Source: an uncultured virus (IMG/VR IMGVR_UViG_3300010153_000001) (taxonomy: Duplodnaviria; Heunggongvirae; Uroviricota; Caudoviricetes). From it: 64,000 nt of DNA. The stretch lies in IMG/VR virus record IMGVR_UViG_3300010153_000001, one strand, 5' to 3'. A model generated the notes under the pieces. The model searched no databases. It was not told the origin of the DNA and saw nothing but the letters and a program-made list of their open reading frames with translations. This document shows positions 48,601-59,400 of the stretch, piece after piece; within the stretch, counting starts at the first letter, position 1; each line of letters starts with the position of its first letter. Both the position numbers and the translations under genes were made by a program.

Positions 48601-49383
48601 AATACAGCATATTCTACACTTGATAATGCAATATATAGATGTGATGGTCATTATGTAATACCTAAACAAACTGGATTACATGCAGGTACAGATGGAGATG
48701 ATAAAGCATTAATAAGACAAATGATATTAGCATGTAATGCAACTGCTAATGGAACAACAGCAGCACTTACTGCAAATCAATATAACGCTTATAGATTTGG
48801 ATCAGATTATTTAAATGTTGAAGCTATTGCCAATTGGAAAACTAATTTAATTACAACTGCTAATCCTTATAATGCTACGGTTACTACAACAAATAGTAAT
48901 GCATTAGCTCCATTATTAAATCTTAATATAACTGTTGTTCCTTATATGGATGGATATTTTGAAATACCAATTACAGGTGCTAATTTAAATGAACCATTTA
49001 AGAATGAATTAATTAAATTAACTTGTTTAGACTCTGTAGTAAATGCATCTGCATCACCTACAGCTGGAACAGCATCACAAATGGGAGGAGCTGGTGTTCA
49101 GTATGGAGAATCTCCAATTGCAGGAAGTAATACTTCTGGTGGAGCATGTAATGAAGTAGCAAAAGGAGGAGCTGCTCTCCAAACATTGTTTAACTCTACA
49201 GGAGTTCAATTTGATGGAACAGTTAGATGTTATAAAACTTCTGCTGGTGCAATAGCACGTGATTTTAAAACTGAATTGATACATGATAGATGGTACGCTT
49301 TAGAGGATGGTTCAGCAGGTAAAGCTGTATCTCAGTACTCTAGAACATATCCACATTGGAAGAATCAAACTGTATGTTCATAA
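45685..49383 (+). CDS. Large fibre-like virion protein
   Basis: 1232 aa; Cys-rich N-module, coiled coil, FN3-like FTGLTEGQQYQL, Thr/Gly/Ala-rich. Confidence 0.7.
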   Translation: MIPYNSNKSGGCNNVSSNCVVWQGPDLPCIDLCHGDTISDVIAKLCEELVELSKLPGGSGSGGHTMQMSRINQTGLENQSGQAAQPATNETELTNLIIANVVQARQANQSEFGSGDVLTTPITLPTSMQYTDPNTSSIVRALPLQQYAELVGTRITNTVAEVTTLQGQVGSHEGRIVQLENSDRKRKTNPTEKQIITTCVGDKGRLTNVSTALSQVEKAFCGLQTGTGAQADLASSIGYQGASMASAKRLNGAGDLGTYVGFVTSPQNLAQSFTNAWIVLNDVRAAVESLIDDVVPTACADIVYGFFGNVVGTPGAATGINMNFTESSIPSTFYDCDRSQGSKITVTDDAGSTQTFHKQIHQLQTTQNGTTLTLSSLDAASTNYTVTTAFCFTNGVGTECANTITKTLTATNICPTLTLGTPGLTSISWTVDAGYLPNNYTAAIVLTNSQGSTIASQMGNPPIGSGWTGSFTGLTEGQQYQLQIYYGPWNPAAMSLQGMTPCPAHTFTTQGTTCADNKILAAAFKSTPADLQYSTAGSFVAMACDDVRNPGASMGDIYIAGFTTADGEVAGVLKNNTIWAETLTPCASSKINSIGVSIDYNNPVKSLVTNGVTTARTDATTNTLGDGWRYMDGITSTNGKNYFVYSEVNTDASAAPIIPQTYFSCVGDEINISQAAWTTWVPRSDAQYAFAANYNYHIAHGSSASSSSYSYSVGAGSFGTNSFVPNVVPSETQQFTYAPLTTGSFHNTDSNTTNLTIGSKSSGDYMSSFSRGFWLQDLTTDIVVFIDTDQYTTAEGAAIKTAMTAVHTEITTRYAGYTGNLYILPLKSDGGFDGTKQKAGSNAAYLSHHKIIALRGDGVTLNTTGDWGTIKQTYESGTSPVGWWGNDAASLSTNMMLFSFIHQSDKSQVGDTVTDLYTTTTAGAAPGAPTTRFKDDYDDVMNILVDNNRNTTGDAGTFKGPSTWAALGTVTLNTAYSTLDNAIYRCDGHYVIPKQTGLHAGTDGDDKALIRQMILACNATANGTTAALTANQYNAYRFGSDYLNVEAIANWKTNLITTANPYNATVTTTNSNALAPLLNLNITVVPYMDGYFEIPITGANLNEPFKNELIKLTCLDSVVNASASPTAGTASQMGGAGVQYGESPIAGSNTSGGACNEVAKGGAALQTLFNSTGVQFDGTVRCYKTSAGAIARDFKTELIHDRWYALEDGSAGKAVSQYSRTYPHWKNQTVCS

Positions 49384-49400
49384 TATAAAAAATAAATAAA

Positions 49401-49955
49401 ATGGGATGTAATTGTAACTCTAGTAATTGTAAATCAACACCTTGTGCATGTAAAGACACAGGATTAACAACACCTTGTGCATATTCAGAATGTACAGGAG
49501 TTAATGTTGAGGTATGTGCAGAATGTTTATGCATGGAATGTATAACTTGGTGTCAAGATACAATTGAAGCAAAAGACTCTTCTAATAATATATTTACTAT
49601 TGCAAAAGGAGAAAGACTATCAGCAATAATGCAAAGAGTAGCATTATTCCTAAAAGATCCAAATACTGCAACTAAATCAGTACAGTATTTATATATAATT
49701 AATAAAACATCAACAACAGTAACATTAGGATGGGCAGGTGTACCTACATCAGCAGCATCATTAAATGTAAAATATAAAGTATCAACAGCGGGTGCTTATT
49801 CTGCAGCACCAAGTGGAACAGGAGTTGCAACATCAGCAGCATCATTTACTGTAACAGGATTATCTCCTAATACAGTATATAAATTCCAAGTTGATGCAGT
49901 TGTAGGTGGAACGCCATATGGTTCTGTAGAAACATATTGCACAACAACAATATAG
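49401..49955 (+). CDS. Cys-rich FN3-domain protein
   Basis: TVTLGW...VKYK...VTGLSPNTVYKFQV. Confidence 0.8.
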   Translation: MGCNCNSSNCKSTPCACKDTGLTTPCAYSECTGVNVEVCAECLCMECITWCQDTIEAKDSSNNIFTIAKGERLSAIMQRVALFLKDPNTATKSVQYLYIINKTSTTVTLGWAGVPTSAASLNVKYKVSTAGAYSAAPSGTGVATSAASFTVTGLSPNTVYKFQVDAVVGGTPYGSVETYCTTTI

Positions 49956-50028
49956 CAAGAGAGTAGTGTTTTGTTGGTTTTCATTGCTTGTTTGCAGAGA
50001 AGGTCCTATGAAAGTAGGGCCTTTTCTC
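49955..50028 (+). ncRNA. Candidate 3'UTR small RNA (seed-loop hairpin plus terminator)
   Basis: 13 of 14 stem positions pair (4 G-U) around loop TTTTGTTGGTTTT, followed by a GAAA-capped terminator. Confidence 0.55.
49997..50028 (+). terminator. Intrinsic terminator
   Basis: AGGTCCTAT-GAAA-GTAGGGCCT-TTTCTC. Confidence 0.8.
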
Positions 50029-50047
50029 GTATTATCAAACTTTTTTA

Positions 50048-50055
50048 TATCTTTG
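50048..50055 (+). promoter_or_regulatory. Bacteroidota -7 promoter element
   Basis: TATCTTTG about 28 nt upstream of ATG 50084. Confidence 0.7.
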
Positions 50056-50083
50056 TAGCATATTAACTTAAAAAAAATTATAA

Positions 50084-51265
50084 ATGGATTCATTATTTGA
50101 AAAAATTAAAGCATCATTTAAATGGAAAAAAACATCTGATTATTGTGCAGAAAAACTAGATATGACAGTAGAGGATTATGACAAACTAAAAGACTATGTT
50201 AAGTCACAAGAATTGTTAGAAAACTCTGCAACATCATATGAATACAATTTAGAGAAAGGTGAAGCAAAAATGGAAACAATAAGTTCTTCTGAACCAAAAT
50301 CTCCTGAAGAAATAATTGATGTATTAAACATTGACACTACACAATGGAAACTGTCAAGCTATTGGAATAAACAAATGGGTGATCATTGGAGAGTATCTGC
50401 AATGGTTACAAGACTAAAAGATAATGAAGTAGATAATGTTGCTGAATTATTAAAAGGATTCAAACCAAAAAAACATAAATTAGTTAAAAGGATTAAAACT
50501 CCAGGTAAAATAAAAACGGCTGGAGTTTTATCATTACAGGATATACATTTTGGAAAAGAAGGTAATGAAACTATAGATAAAGATTTTGAAGAAACAATTA
50601 TAGATCTTGCTGATAGAGCAACTAGTTCACATCATCTTGAAAAATTATACTATGTAGTAGGGGGTGATTTAATTAACATGGATACATGGAATGGATCTAC
50701 AACTAGTGGTACTCCATTAGATAATTGTTCTACTGCTACAGAAGCTTATATGCAAGCATTTGATGCATTACAATGGAGTATAAATTATCTTAAACAATTT
50801 TGTGATGAATTACAAATAGTTTATATACCAGGTAATCATGATAGATTATCATCATTTCATTTAGCACATGCTCTCTCAAAATGTTTTAATGATTCTAATA
50901 TAATATGGGATGTAGTTTATCTTGAGAGAAAAGTATTCACATATGGAGATAATTTCTTTGCTTTTGAACATGGTGATGTTAATACTAAGAATTCATTATT
51001 AGTATACTCTATGGAATATCCAAGAGAATGGGGTAAGACATTGTATAGAACATTATATACAGGACATTATCATCATAAGAAAAAAATAGAATACATAACT
51101 GAACATGAAAAGACTGGTTTCATGTTAAAGATTTTACCAAGTTTATCACGTACAGATTATTACCATTATCATAATAAATTCATAGGATCAAGAAGATCTG
51201 GTGTGTTATCTTTACATACACCTAATAAAGGAGAAATATGTGAATTAACTTATTCTCCAGAATAA
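50084..51265 (+). CDS. Calcineurin-like metallophosphoesterase
   Basis: DIHFG, GGD..N.D, PGNHD, EHGD, GHYHH motifs. Confidence 0.85.
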   Translation: MDSLFEKIKASFKWKKTSDYCAEKLDMTVEDYDKLKDYVKSQELLENSATSYEYNLEKGEAKMETISSSEPKSPEEIIDVLNIDTTQWKLSSYWNKQMGDHWRVSAMVTRLKDNEVDNVAELLKGFKPKKHKLVKRIKTPGKIKTAGVLSLQDIHFGKEGNETIDKDFEETIIDLADRATSSHHLEKLYYVVGGDLINMDTWNGSTTSGTPLDNCSTATEAYMQAFDALQWSINYLKQFCDELQIVYIPGNHDRLSSFHLAHALSKCFNDSNIIWDVVYLERKVFTYGDNFFAFEHGDVNTKNSLLVYSMEYPREWGKTLYRTLYTGHYHHKKKIEYITEHEKTGFMLKILPSLSRTDYYHYHNKFIGSRRSGVLSLHTPNKGEICELTYSPE

Positions 51266-51322
51266 TCTAGTTTTAAACTTTTATAACTGACTTATTTTTT
51301 GTAAATTATAACTGTATAATGT

Positions 51323-51841
51323 ATGTTAAACAACTTTAAAAAACCTAATTTAAAAAAACCTAGGTATAGAGAAAAAGTATATGGACTATTAAACTTAAAA
51401 ACTTTAGCAGATTTTAAAGAGAAATTTCCAATATACGCAAATATAGATGATAGTAAACTTAAAAAAATAATAAAATCTTTTAATGGTAAAATATGGAGTA
51501 ATGTAATAGATAATAGAAACGGTGTTAAACTACCTGATAGCCTAGGGTACTTATTTATAGGAACCTGTCCTCCACCTAAGAGTGTGAATACAGATTATTC
51601 AGTTTCCAAGAAGTATGGAAAAGTAATACAAAATAAGAACTGGGAAACAGATGGTAATATAGGTAAAATCTTTTACACAAATTATTCAACTAAGTACCGT
51701 TTTAGAAATAGAGAACTCTGGCAATTTACTGCCATTAGACAATTTAAGAGAGCTGTTGCAAAGATGTATCCTAAACAATGGAAAAAATATATTGTGATGG
51801 GTAATAAAAAAAGAGTTGCAGATATGTATAAAAAAGAATAG
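51323..51841 (+). CDS. IHF/HU-like basic protein
   Basis: GVKLPDSLGYLFI and WQFTAIRQFKRAVAK; crAss-like position before tail genes. Confidence 0.55.
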   Translation: MLNNFKKPNLKKPRYREKVYGLLNLKTLADFKEKFPIYANIDDSKLKKIIKSFNGKIWSNVIDNRNGVKLPDSLGYLFIGTCPPPKSVNTDYSVSKKYGKVIQNKNWETDGNIGKIFYTNYSTKYRFRNRELWQFTAIRQFKRAVAKMYPKQWKKYIVMGNKKRVADMYKKE

Positions 51842-51843
51842 AA

Positions 51844-52518
51844 ATGACAACTATAGGAGAAATTATATCAAGAGTAAGGAATCAAATAAAAGGAGAAATT
51901 CAGGATGCTTTTTTAACTGACAGATTTCTCTACAGTATGATAATAAAGTTTGCGCAAACATTAATGAGAAGACAAGACCACGTCAATAAACTCATGAAAT
52001 TTAATAGTGTTTGGCAAACTTTACCTTTTTTAGAATTAATAGATGTAGATAAAGTTGAAGCAGATTGTTGTGGTGTAGTAAGTGGAGTGACTATTAAAAG
52101 AACTAAAGATAAACTTCCAACATTCTTTGAAGGATATTGGGGACCTTTAATTAGAACAATATCATCTATAGATGGATCAATAGAATGTCAACCAACACAA
52201 CCTGGTACATTTACATCTATGAGTAAGACAACTTCTTTTAGATATAATAAATCAAAGTATTTCTGGTTTCTAAATGATTATATATACTTACCAAATGTTG
52301 ATTGGGATGCAATAAAATTAGAAGGTGTATTTGAAAAAGACATATCAAGTATAACATGTGATGGAGCTGATGATTGTATTCCAAGATATAAACAACAAAT
52401 TAACATTCCTGAATTTCTTTATTCTGAAATAGAAGCTCAAATAATACAGACATTAGCTACTAGAATGCAAATACCTCAAGAAGATGCAAGTAATAATAAA
52501 AATGTAAATAGATATTAA
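51844..52518 (+). CDS. Putative ring/tail adaptor protein
   Basis: MTTIGEIISRVR..., KYFWFLNDYIYLPN; position. Confidence 0.55.
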   Translation: MTTIGEIISRVRNQIKGEIQDAFLTDRFLYSMIIKFAQTLMRRQDHVNKLMKFNSVWQTLPFLELIDVDKVEADCCGVVSGVTIKRTKDKLPTFFEGYWGPLIRTISSIDGSIECQPTQPGTFTSMSKTTSFRYNKSKYFWFLNDYIYLPNVDWDAIKLEGVFEKDISSITCDGADDCIPRYKQQINIPEFLYSEIEAQIIQTLATRMQIPQEDASNNKNVNRY

Positions 52519-52520
52519 AA

Positions 52521-53435
52521 ATGGGTTTATCACATAAATATAGAACGTTTGATCAATTACTAGAAGATGTAAAAGTAGATTTCTCTACATATGATCTAGA
52601 AGGTATGATTGAACCTCAACAATTAATTAAAGTTGCTACTAAAGTAAATTATGATCTAGGTTTAAGAATTCATCAGAGTAAAGAATCTATTATTGATGTT
52701 GAACATAATAAAGCTCAACTCCCTTCAGACTTTAAAACACTTAATTATGCTTTTGTATGTAGTAATTATCAAGTAGTAAATACAGCTCCATCAGGTACAC
52801 ATACAGATACTACACAACCAAAGTGGACACCAGATCCAAGTCAACCACATGTGTGTACAACGCCTGAAGATTGTGAAAATGTATGTGTTGTTAAAACATG
52901 CCCAACAGATATAGGTAAAGGTGTTACTACATATAGTGGAGAATATATTGTAATACAAAGAATGAATGCATCAACATATAGAGAATATACAAGTTTCTTT
53001 CCTTTACGTATAACAAATACAGCTCATGTTAGTTGTGAATGTCCAAATTTAAATACACAGTCTCATAATCTTGCTGAAATACAAGATGATTATTTACTCA
53101 CAACATTTACTACAGGTAAAGTATATTTAAGTTATCAAGGTATATTAGAAAATAATGATGGAGAATTATTAGTTCTTGATCATCCCTATTGTAATGAGTA
53201 TTATGAGTATGCCCTTAAAGAAAGAATCTTAGAAAATATGATATTTGGTGGAGAACAAGTAGCACAACAATTAGGTTTAATTCAAGCTAAGTTAAGAGCT
53301 GCAAGAAATAACGCACTTAGTTTTGTTAACACTCCTGATTTTGAAGAAATGAGAAAGCTATGGGAAGTTAATAGAAGAGCTCAATATCATAATTATTATG
53401 ATATGTTTAGAAGTGAAGCTCCTAATAGGAGATAA
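52521..53435 (+). CDS. Putative tail tubular/ring protein
   Basis: AQLPSDF, GKVYLSYQG...DGELLV.D; directly upstream of the muzzle gene. Confidence 0.6.
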   Translation: MGLSHKYRTFDQLLEDVKVDFSTYDLEGMIEPQQLIKVATKVNYDLGLRIHQSKESIIDVEHNKAQLPSDFKTLNYAFVCSNYQVVNTAPSGTHTDTTQPKWTPDPSQPHVCTTPEDCENVCVVKTCPTDIGKGVTTYSGEYIVIQRMNASTYREYTSFFPLRITNTAHVSCECPNLNTQSHNLAEIQDDYLLTTFTTGKVYLSYQGILENNDGELLVLDHPYCNEYYEYALKERILENMIFGGEQVAQQLGLIQAKLRAARNNALSFVNTPDFEEMRKLWEVNRRAQYHNYYDMFRSEAPNRR

Positions 53436-53446
53436 TTAAGTAAGAA

Positions 53447-56400
53447 ATGGCAAAAAAACAAAAGAAGCAGCAAGCAGCTAATAATAGCTTACCGCAGAAT
53501 ACTTCATCAACAGAGTCTAACTTGTTCATGAAAGGTATGATTAAAGATACCTTTAGTTCAATATCATCAAAGGAAGTATGGGAGCATGCTGTTAATGCCA
53601 TTAATAATTCCATTGATGGAGATACAGGAGTCATAGGAAATGAACCTGCAAATTTTGAATGTGCAGAGATACCATATACAATAATAGGTTCAATACATAT
53701 ATATGGAGATCATTGGGCTATATTCTCTACAGATAATTTCTCTTCTGAAATAGGAACTTTTGATGATAGTAAATGTGAATACATAAGATTAGTAAATGAT
53801 CCTTGTTTAAATTTTAATAAGGAACATTTAATTATAGGAGCATCTAAAGAAAATTTTGAATGTAAATACCAATTATATTGGGATGATGGTATAAATCCTT
53901 CTAGAACAATAATATTAGAAGATCCTCCATATTTACAAGTAGAGACATCTGGGCCAACTATAGATGGTACTGCTTGTTCAATATATGTAAATGCAGAACC
54001 ATTAACATTAGATTGTGAAAGAATTAGACTAGCCCCATTAGTTGATACACCATGTCTTGATCTACAAAAAGCTCCAGAAGGAGGTCAACTTAGAAATGGT
54101 ATGTATCAAGCATTTATAGCTTATACAATAAATGATCAGGTGTATGGAGATTATATTGGTATATCTAATCAACAATCTTTATTTGAACATGAAGATAATG
54201 CAGGTTCATTAATATTAAGACTATCTAATTTAGATAAAGAATTTGATCAATTCCAACTTGTAATACTTAGTAACAATCAAGAAGAAGTAGCTGCAAAAGT
54301 ATTAGGTGAATATTATACAGAACAAACAGTAATCAAAATAGATTATATTGATCAGAAGTTAAAATCACTTCCTCTTGATTATCTTCCTTTACGAAGAAGT
54401 GCATATGAAAGATCTAAAGGTATGTTTGTTGTTAATGATTATTTAGTTAGAACACAACCAACAAATCAATTTGATTTTAACTATCAACCTTTTGCAAATC
54501 AAATACAAGCAAATTGGGCATCAATAGAATATCCTGCTGACTACTATTATAACGGAGGAAATAAACCTACATTTTTGAGAGATGAGGTTTACTCATTCTT
54601 TATAAGATTTATATATAATACAGGAGAACGTTCATCTTCATATCATATACCAGGAAGAATGCCACAGTTCTTTAATGCAGGTGGTGTAATGATAATGGAA
54701 AATAATGTAATACCTGGAGATCCTAATGCATTAGATCCTACTGATCCTATATTTAAAGTATACAATACAGCTTGGGTATCATCACCAGCTATTAATACAA
54801 CACAACCTGATGGTGGTATTTTAAGAAGTAGAGGTGCATTAGCCTATTGGGAATCTACAGAACTTTATCCACAGGATGTAACTAGATATGGTGCTAATTG
54901 TGGTATGCCAATTAGACATCATAAAATGCCTGATGAAAATACAGCTAACAATGGAACAACAGATAGAGCAACAGCAGCAGGGGATGGTATACATAATATT
55001 GCAATAGAGTTTACAAATATAGCGTGGCCTAGAGATAATGATAATAATCTTATAACTAATATAGTTGGTTATGAATTTTTAGTAGGATCACGGGAAGGAC
55101 ATAAATCAATCCTAGGAAAAGGTATCTTAAAGAATATGATGCAATATCAACCTACTACTCCAGGAGGAGCAGATGGTTCTTCACAATTTTTTATTCCAAA
55201 TTATCCATATAATGATACAACACCTGATCCATATATAAAAGGACCTGGTGGAGGTGGAGGTGGAGCTGGAGGTTATAATAACTGGTCTGGTTCTGGATAT
55301 ACTGATTGGCTTTCTGGTTGTCCAGATGCAACTACAGGTATGTATAATATTTATTCAAATACTACATGTACATTTCATTCTCCAGATTTAATGTTTAATA
55401 GACCTTATTTAAATGCATGGGAATTAAAATCATACGGTGTTTTGACAGGAACACAGACAGGTAGTTTTAAACCTTCTGAAAGACATCCAGGTGAAAAGTT
55501 GTTACGTAACTCTACAGCCGTTCTAGCAGCCTTTGTAGGTATAGGGTATGCTATATATCAAATGCGTGGTAAAACAAACACACAGATGACTACAGGACGT
55601 GTATTAGATATGGGTTATAGAGAACAAGGTTCTATTACTGCACATGGTGGAAATAGTGGTACTTTTGCTGGAGGTGGTGCAGGAGCTTGGTCACCTGTTG
55701 CTGGTGCATCATCAAATTATAATACTGGAACTTGGACACCAAGAAGTGGGGGTGATGGTACATTTGATGCCTCAGCACCTAATCAAAATAGATGGCAATA
55801 TGGTAATAGTATGGGTACTCCAACTGTGCCTATGTTTGGTGGTGGTACTGGTACTGGTGCACCTGGTACAGGAACTTATGATAATACCTCTAATACCATG
55901 TTTCTTGGTTTTGGTGGTACTGCTGGTGGTAATCTTTCAAATAAAATGGGTTCTGATACATGGATAAATGCCCAGATCGGTCAATGGAATAATTCACCTG
56001 GATCAATAGGACCTGGTGTTACCCAAGTTCAAGAAGGATCAAGATTTAGTAATAAACCTTTTTGGATGGGTCTACTTAGTGGTGCTCAAGAATTTATGAG
56101 TTTTATAGCTGAAGGTGGTCAAGAGATAATTGATTTAATTTATAATCTTACAAGTTGGAAACAATATGTATATAAATATAATAGTCATGGTTGGTATAGA
56201 ATTACAAATCAATTACCACCAGGTACAGTATTTAGACATCAAGTAAATACAGCAAGATATTTAAATGGAGCTATATCACAACTTACTCCTAATATTAGAA
56301 TTAATAACTTAAATAGACCTACAACAGTAGCTGTAAATCTTAATGGTGCAGGATTACAAAATCCTTTTATGTTAGGGTTTGCTAATGATCAATCAAAGTT

Positions 56401-59400
56401 TACAATTGGAGGTGCACCAGGAACAGTAGATTGGTATAATCCAGGAGGAGCAGCTACTACAGGAATTGCAGCACATTACTGTGCATTAAAATTTAATATA
56501 GATAATCAATACGGGCAATTAGAAGATATAAAACAAATACCTATTAGAGGATGTATTGAACTTTTTGAAGATCAATTAGTTTTAGATGGAGCAGGTGATC
56601 CTATTATAAATGAATTAATAAGGTTTAATTCTCAAATACTATTTGGAGGTGATTGCTTTATTAATAGATATACAGAAAAAGCTATTATGCCTTTCTTCTG
56701 GGACTATCTACATAAAAGAGAAAGAGATGGATTTGTTTGGGATTATAGATTATATCCTAATGTACCATATCCAAGATATTGGATGAATACAGAAAAATAT
56801 AGACTTGATGAATTAACTAGAAATTTAGGAGGTGTTGCGTTTATTGCAGCTGTTGCTGGTGGTTTTAATGGTGCTTTCCCTAATGATTATTATCATATGG
56901 ATAGAGATCCAGCTTCTTGTGGAGGAGGGTTATGGAATGCAATAGCTGGTCTAGGTACACCAGGTTCATTATTTACTATACATGATGCATACATGTATTT
57001 ACATTGTAATGGTGTTAATGATTTCTTTGTTGAATCTGAATTAAATTTAGCTCAGAGAGATCATGGAGATGACATGGAAAAAAGACATTATGATAGATTA
57101 ACATTTACAGCAACAAATGATTTATTTGATGTAGATATTTTAAAAGCAGGTAACTATTATAAGTATGATAAATCATTAAGTATAGATCAAAACTTATTCC
57201 AAACAGTAGGTTGGGGTGCTATACAAGATAGAACTTATGATCCATTAGTAGCAGAAACATGTTATACAACATGGCATAAAAGACTTATATATTCATTACA
57301 AGCTAAGAAAGAAGCTAAGAAAGATTTTTGGAGAGTATTCCTTCCACTTAATTATAAAGAATTTAAAGATGCTGTAAACACTGTTAAACCAATTAATAAA
57401 ACTGGTGCTTTAGTATTATTCCCTAAACTATCACCACAAATATTCACAGGTAATGATGTACTTACAACTGATGCAGGAACTAAGGTTACAGTTGGTGATG
57501 GAGGTTTATTTGTAGATAGAAACTGGAAAGAATTAGTGAACTCTGATGTATCTCATGAATATGGATCATCTGAAAGTTCAAGAGGTGTATTAAATACACC
57601 AATGGGATTATTTTATATATCTCAAGAACAAGGAAAAATATTTCAGACACAAGGAAGTCAATTAATTAATATTACTAATACAGGAATGAAGTGGTGGTTT
57701 AATAAATATTTACCATCTCAACTATTAGCAAATTTTCCTGAAATAGAACCTTGTCCATCAATGATAGATAATCCTGTAATATCTGCAGGATGTCAAACAG
57801 TATATGATACTAATAATGATATAGTATATTTTTCAAAAAGAGATTGGTCTATGACAGATCAATACTCAAATAGTGAATGTATAGAGTATATTCCATGTGA
57901 AGGATTTTATGTGAATGAAACATTATGTAGTAGTGTAGCTCAGAATATAACATGTCCTGACGGATATAATTATAATGCAGTTACACAGATGTGTGAAAAG
58001 ATTTGGACTGATGTTCCGTTTGGACCTCCCCCTCCAGCATGTGAACTTGATATTATGCTTGCTATAGATTGTTCAGGATCTGTTCCACAAAATACTAATG
58101 TTACAGCAATGCGAAATCTTGTACAAGGTATAATTAATGTATTCTCACCTAGTATGGCATTAGGTAATACACAAATTGGTATTATGGGATGGGGTACTAG
58201 AGCTTTTGCAAGAGGTGAGTATAGTGCAGCAGCAATTGCCACTAATCCTTTATTAGGTCCTGTAGGATTAACTTATAATCCAGGATTATTAGATACTACA
58301 ACAGGATGGATGAATGCATATACATGTGCTGTATATCCTACTACTTGTAATGTTACTTCAGGTACTGGATATGGAGATGCAATTTGGTCAGGTACAAATG
58401 AATTATTTAATCCTACTCCAGATACAGGAGGTGTAGGTACTAGAAATGGTGTACCTAAAAAGTTAGTAATATTAAATGATGGATGGGATGCTACTACTAC
58501 TGGTACAGGTAATGTAGGATCTACTAATCCAACTGGTACTGATAGATCTGTTACACGTCCTATTTACACTAATACAGGTCAAACAGCTTCATTTGTTGCA
58601 ATCCCTACAACACCACCTATGATACCAACAGCACCTGATACTGGAGTTGTAGGTAGAATAAGTAATCCACAACCTGATAATTTAATTCAATGGATACAAA
58701 CTTTTGTACATGCAAATCCACAATATCAAGATCCTATTGATCCAAATTTTATAGGACAATTTGAGATAATTCCAGGATGGTTAAAAAATAATAATACACC
58801 AACAACAGCAGAATTAAATTATGCACAGTCTGTTGCAGGAAATGATTATATTACAGGAGATCCAAATCCATTTATGGCTGGTGATTTTCAAGCTGCTAAT
58901 ATACCAGGAATTATAAATGATCTTGTAGAAAAGATATGTCCTGGTGTTTTACCAAACTGTGGACCTAATTGTACATATAATGCTGTAACAGAAGAATGTG
59001 ACTGCATAGAAGAAGTAGATCCTATATTAGAAGATGTATTAACTTATATACCATTCCAATTAGAAAATCCAACATATTTCCAAGATGTTTCTTGGACAGT
59101 TAGTTATGATCCAAAAGCAAAAGCTTGGATTTCATTTCATGATTGGCATCCTGAATTAACATTCAATAGTATCAATCATTTCATGACTTCTAAGACAACT
59201 ACTACTGAGACACCACAATGTCCTCCAGGATACTCATTTGTTAACGGAGAGTGTTGTCTTACAGTATCAGGTTCAGATCCTGCTAATGTATTTGTTGATT
59301 ATCAACCTTCAAATGTTACTCTAGTAGATGCTAATAGAACTGCATTTAGTCAACCTTTAGATATTGTATTTTCTATTGATTATTCAGGAAGTACAGCTGG

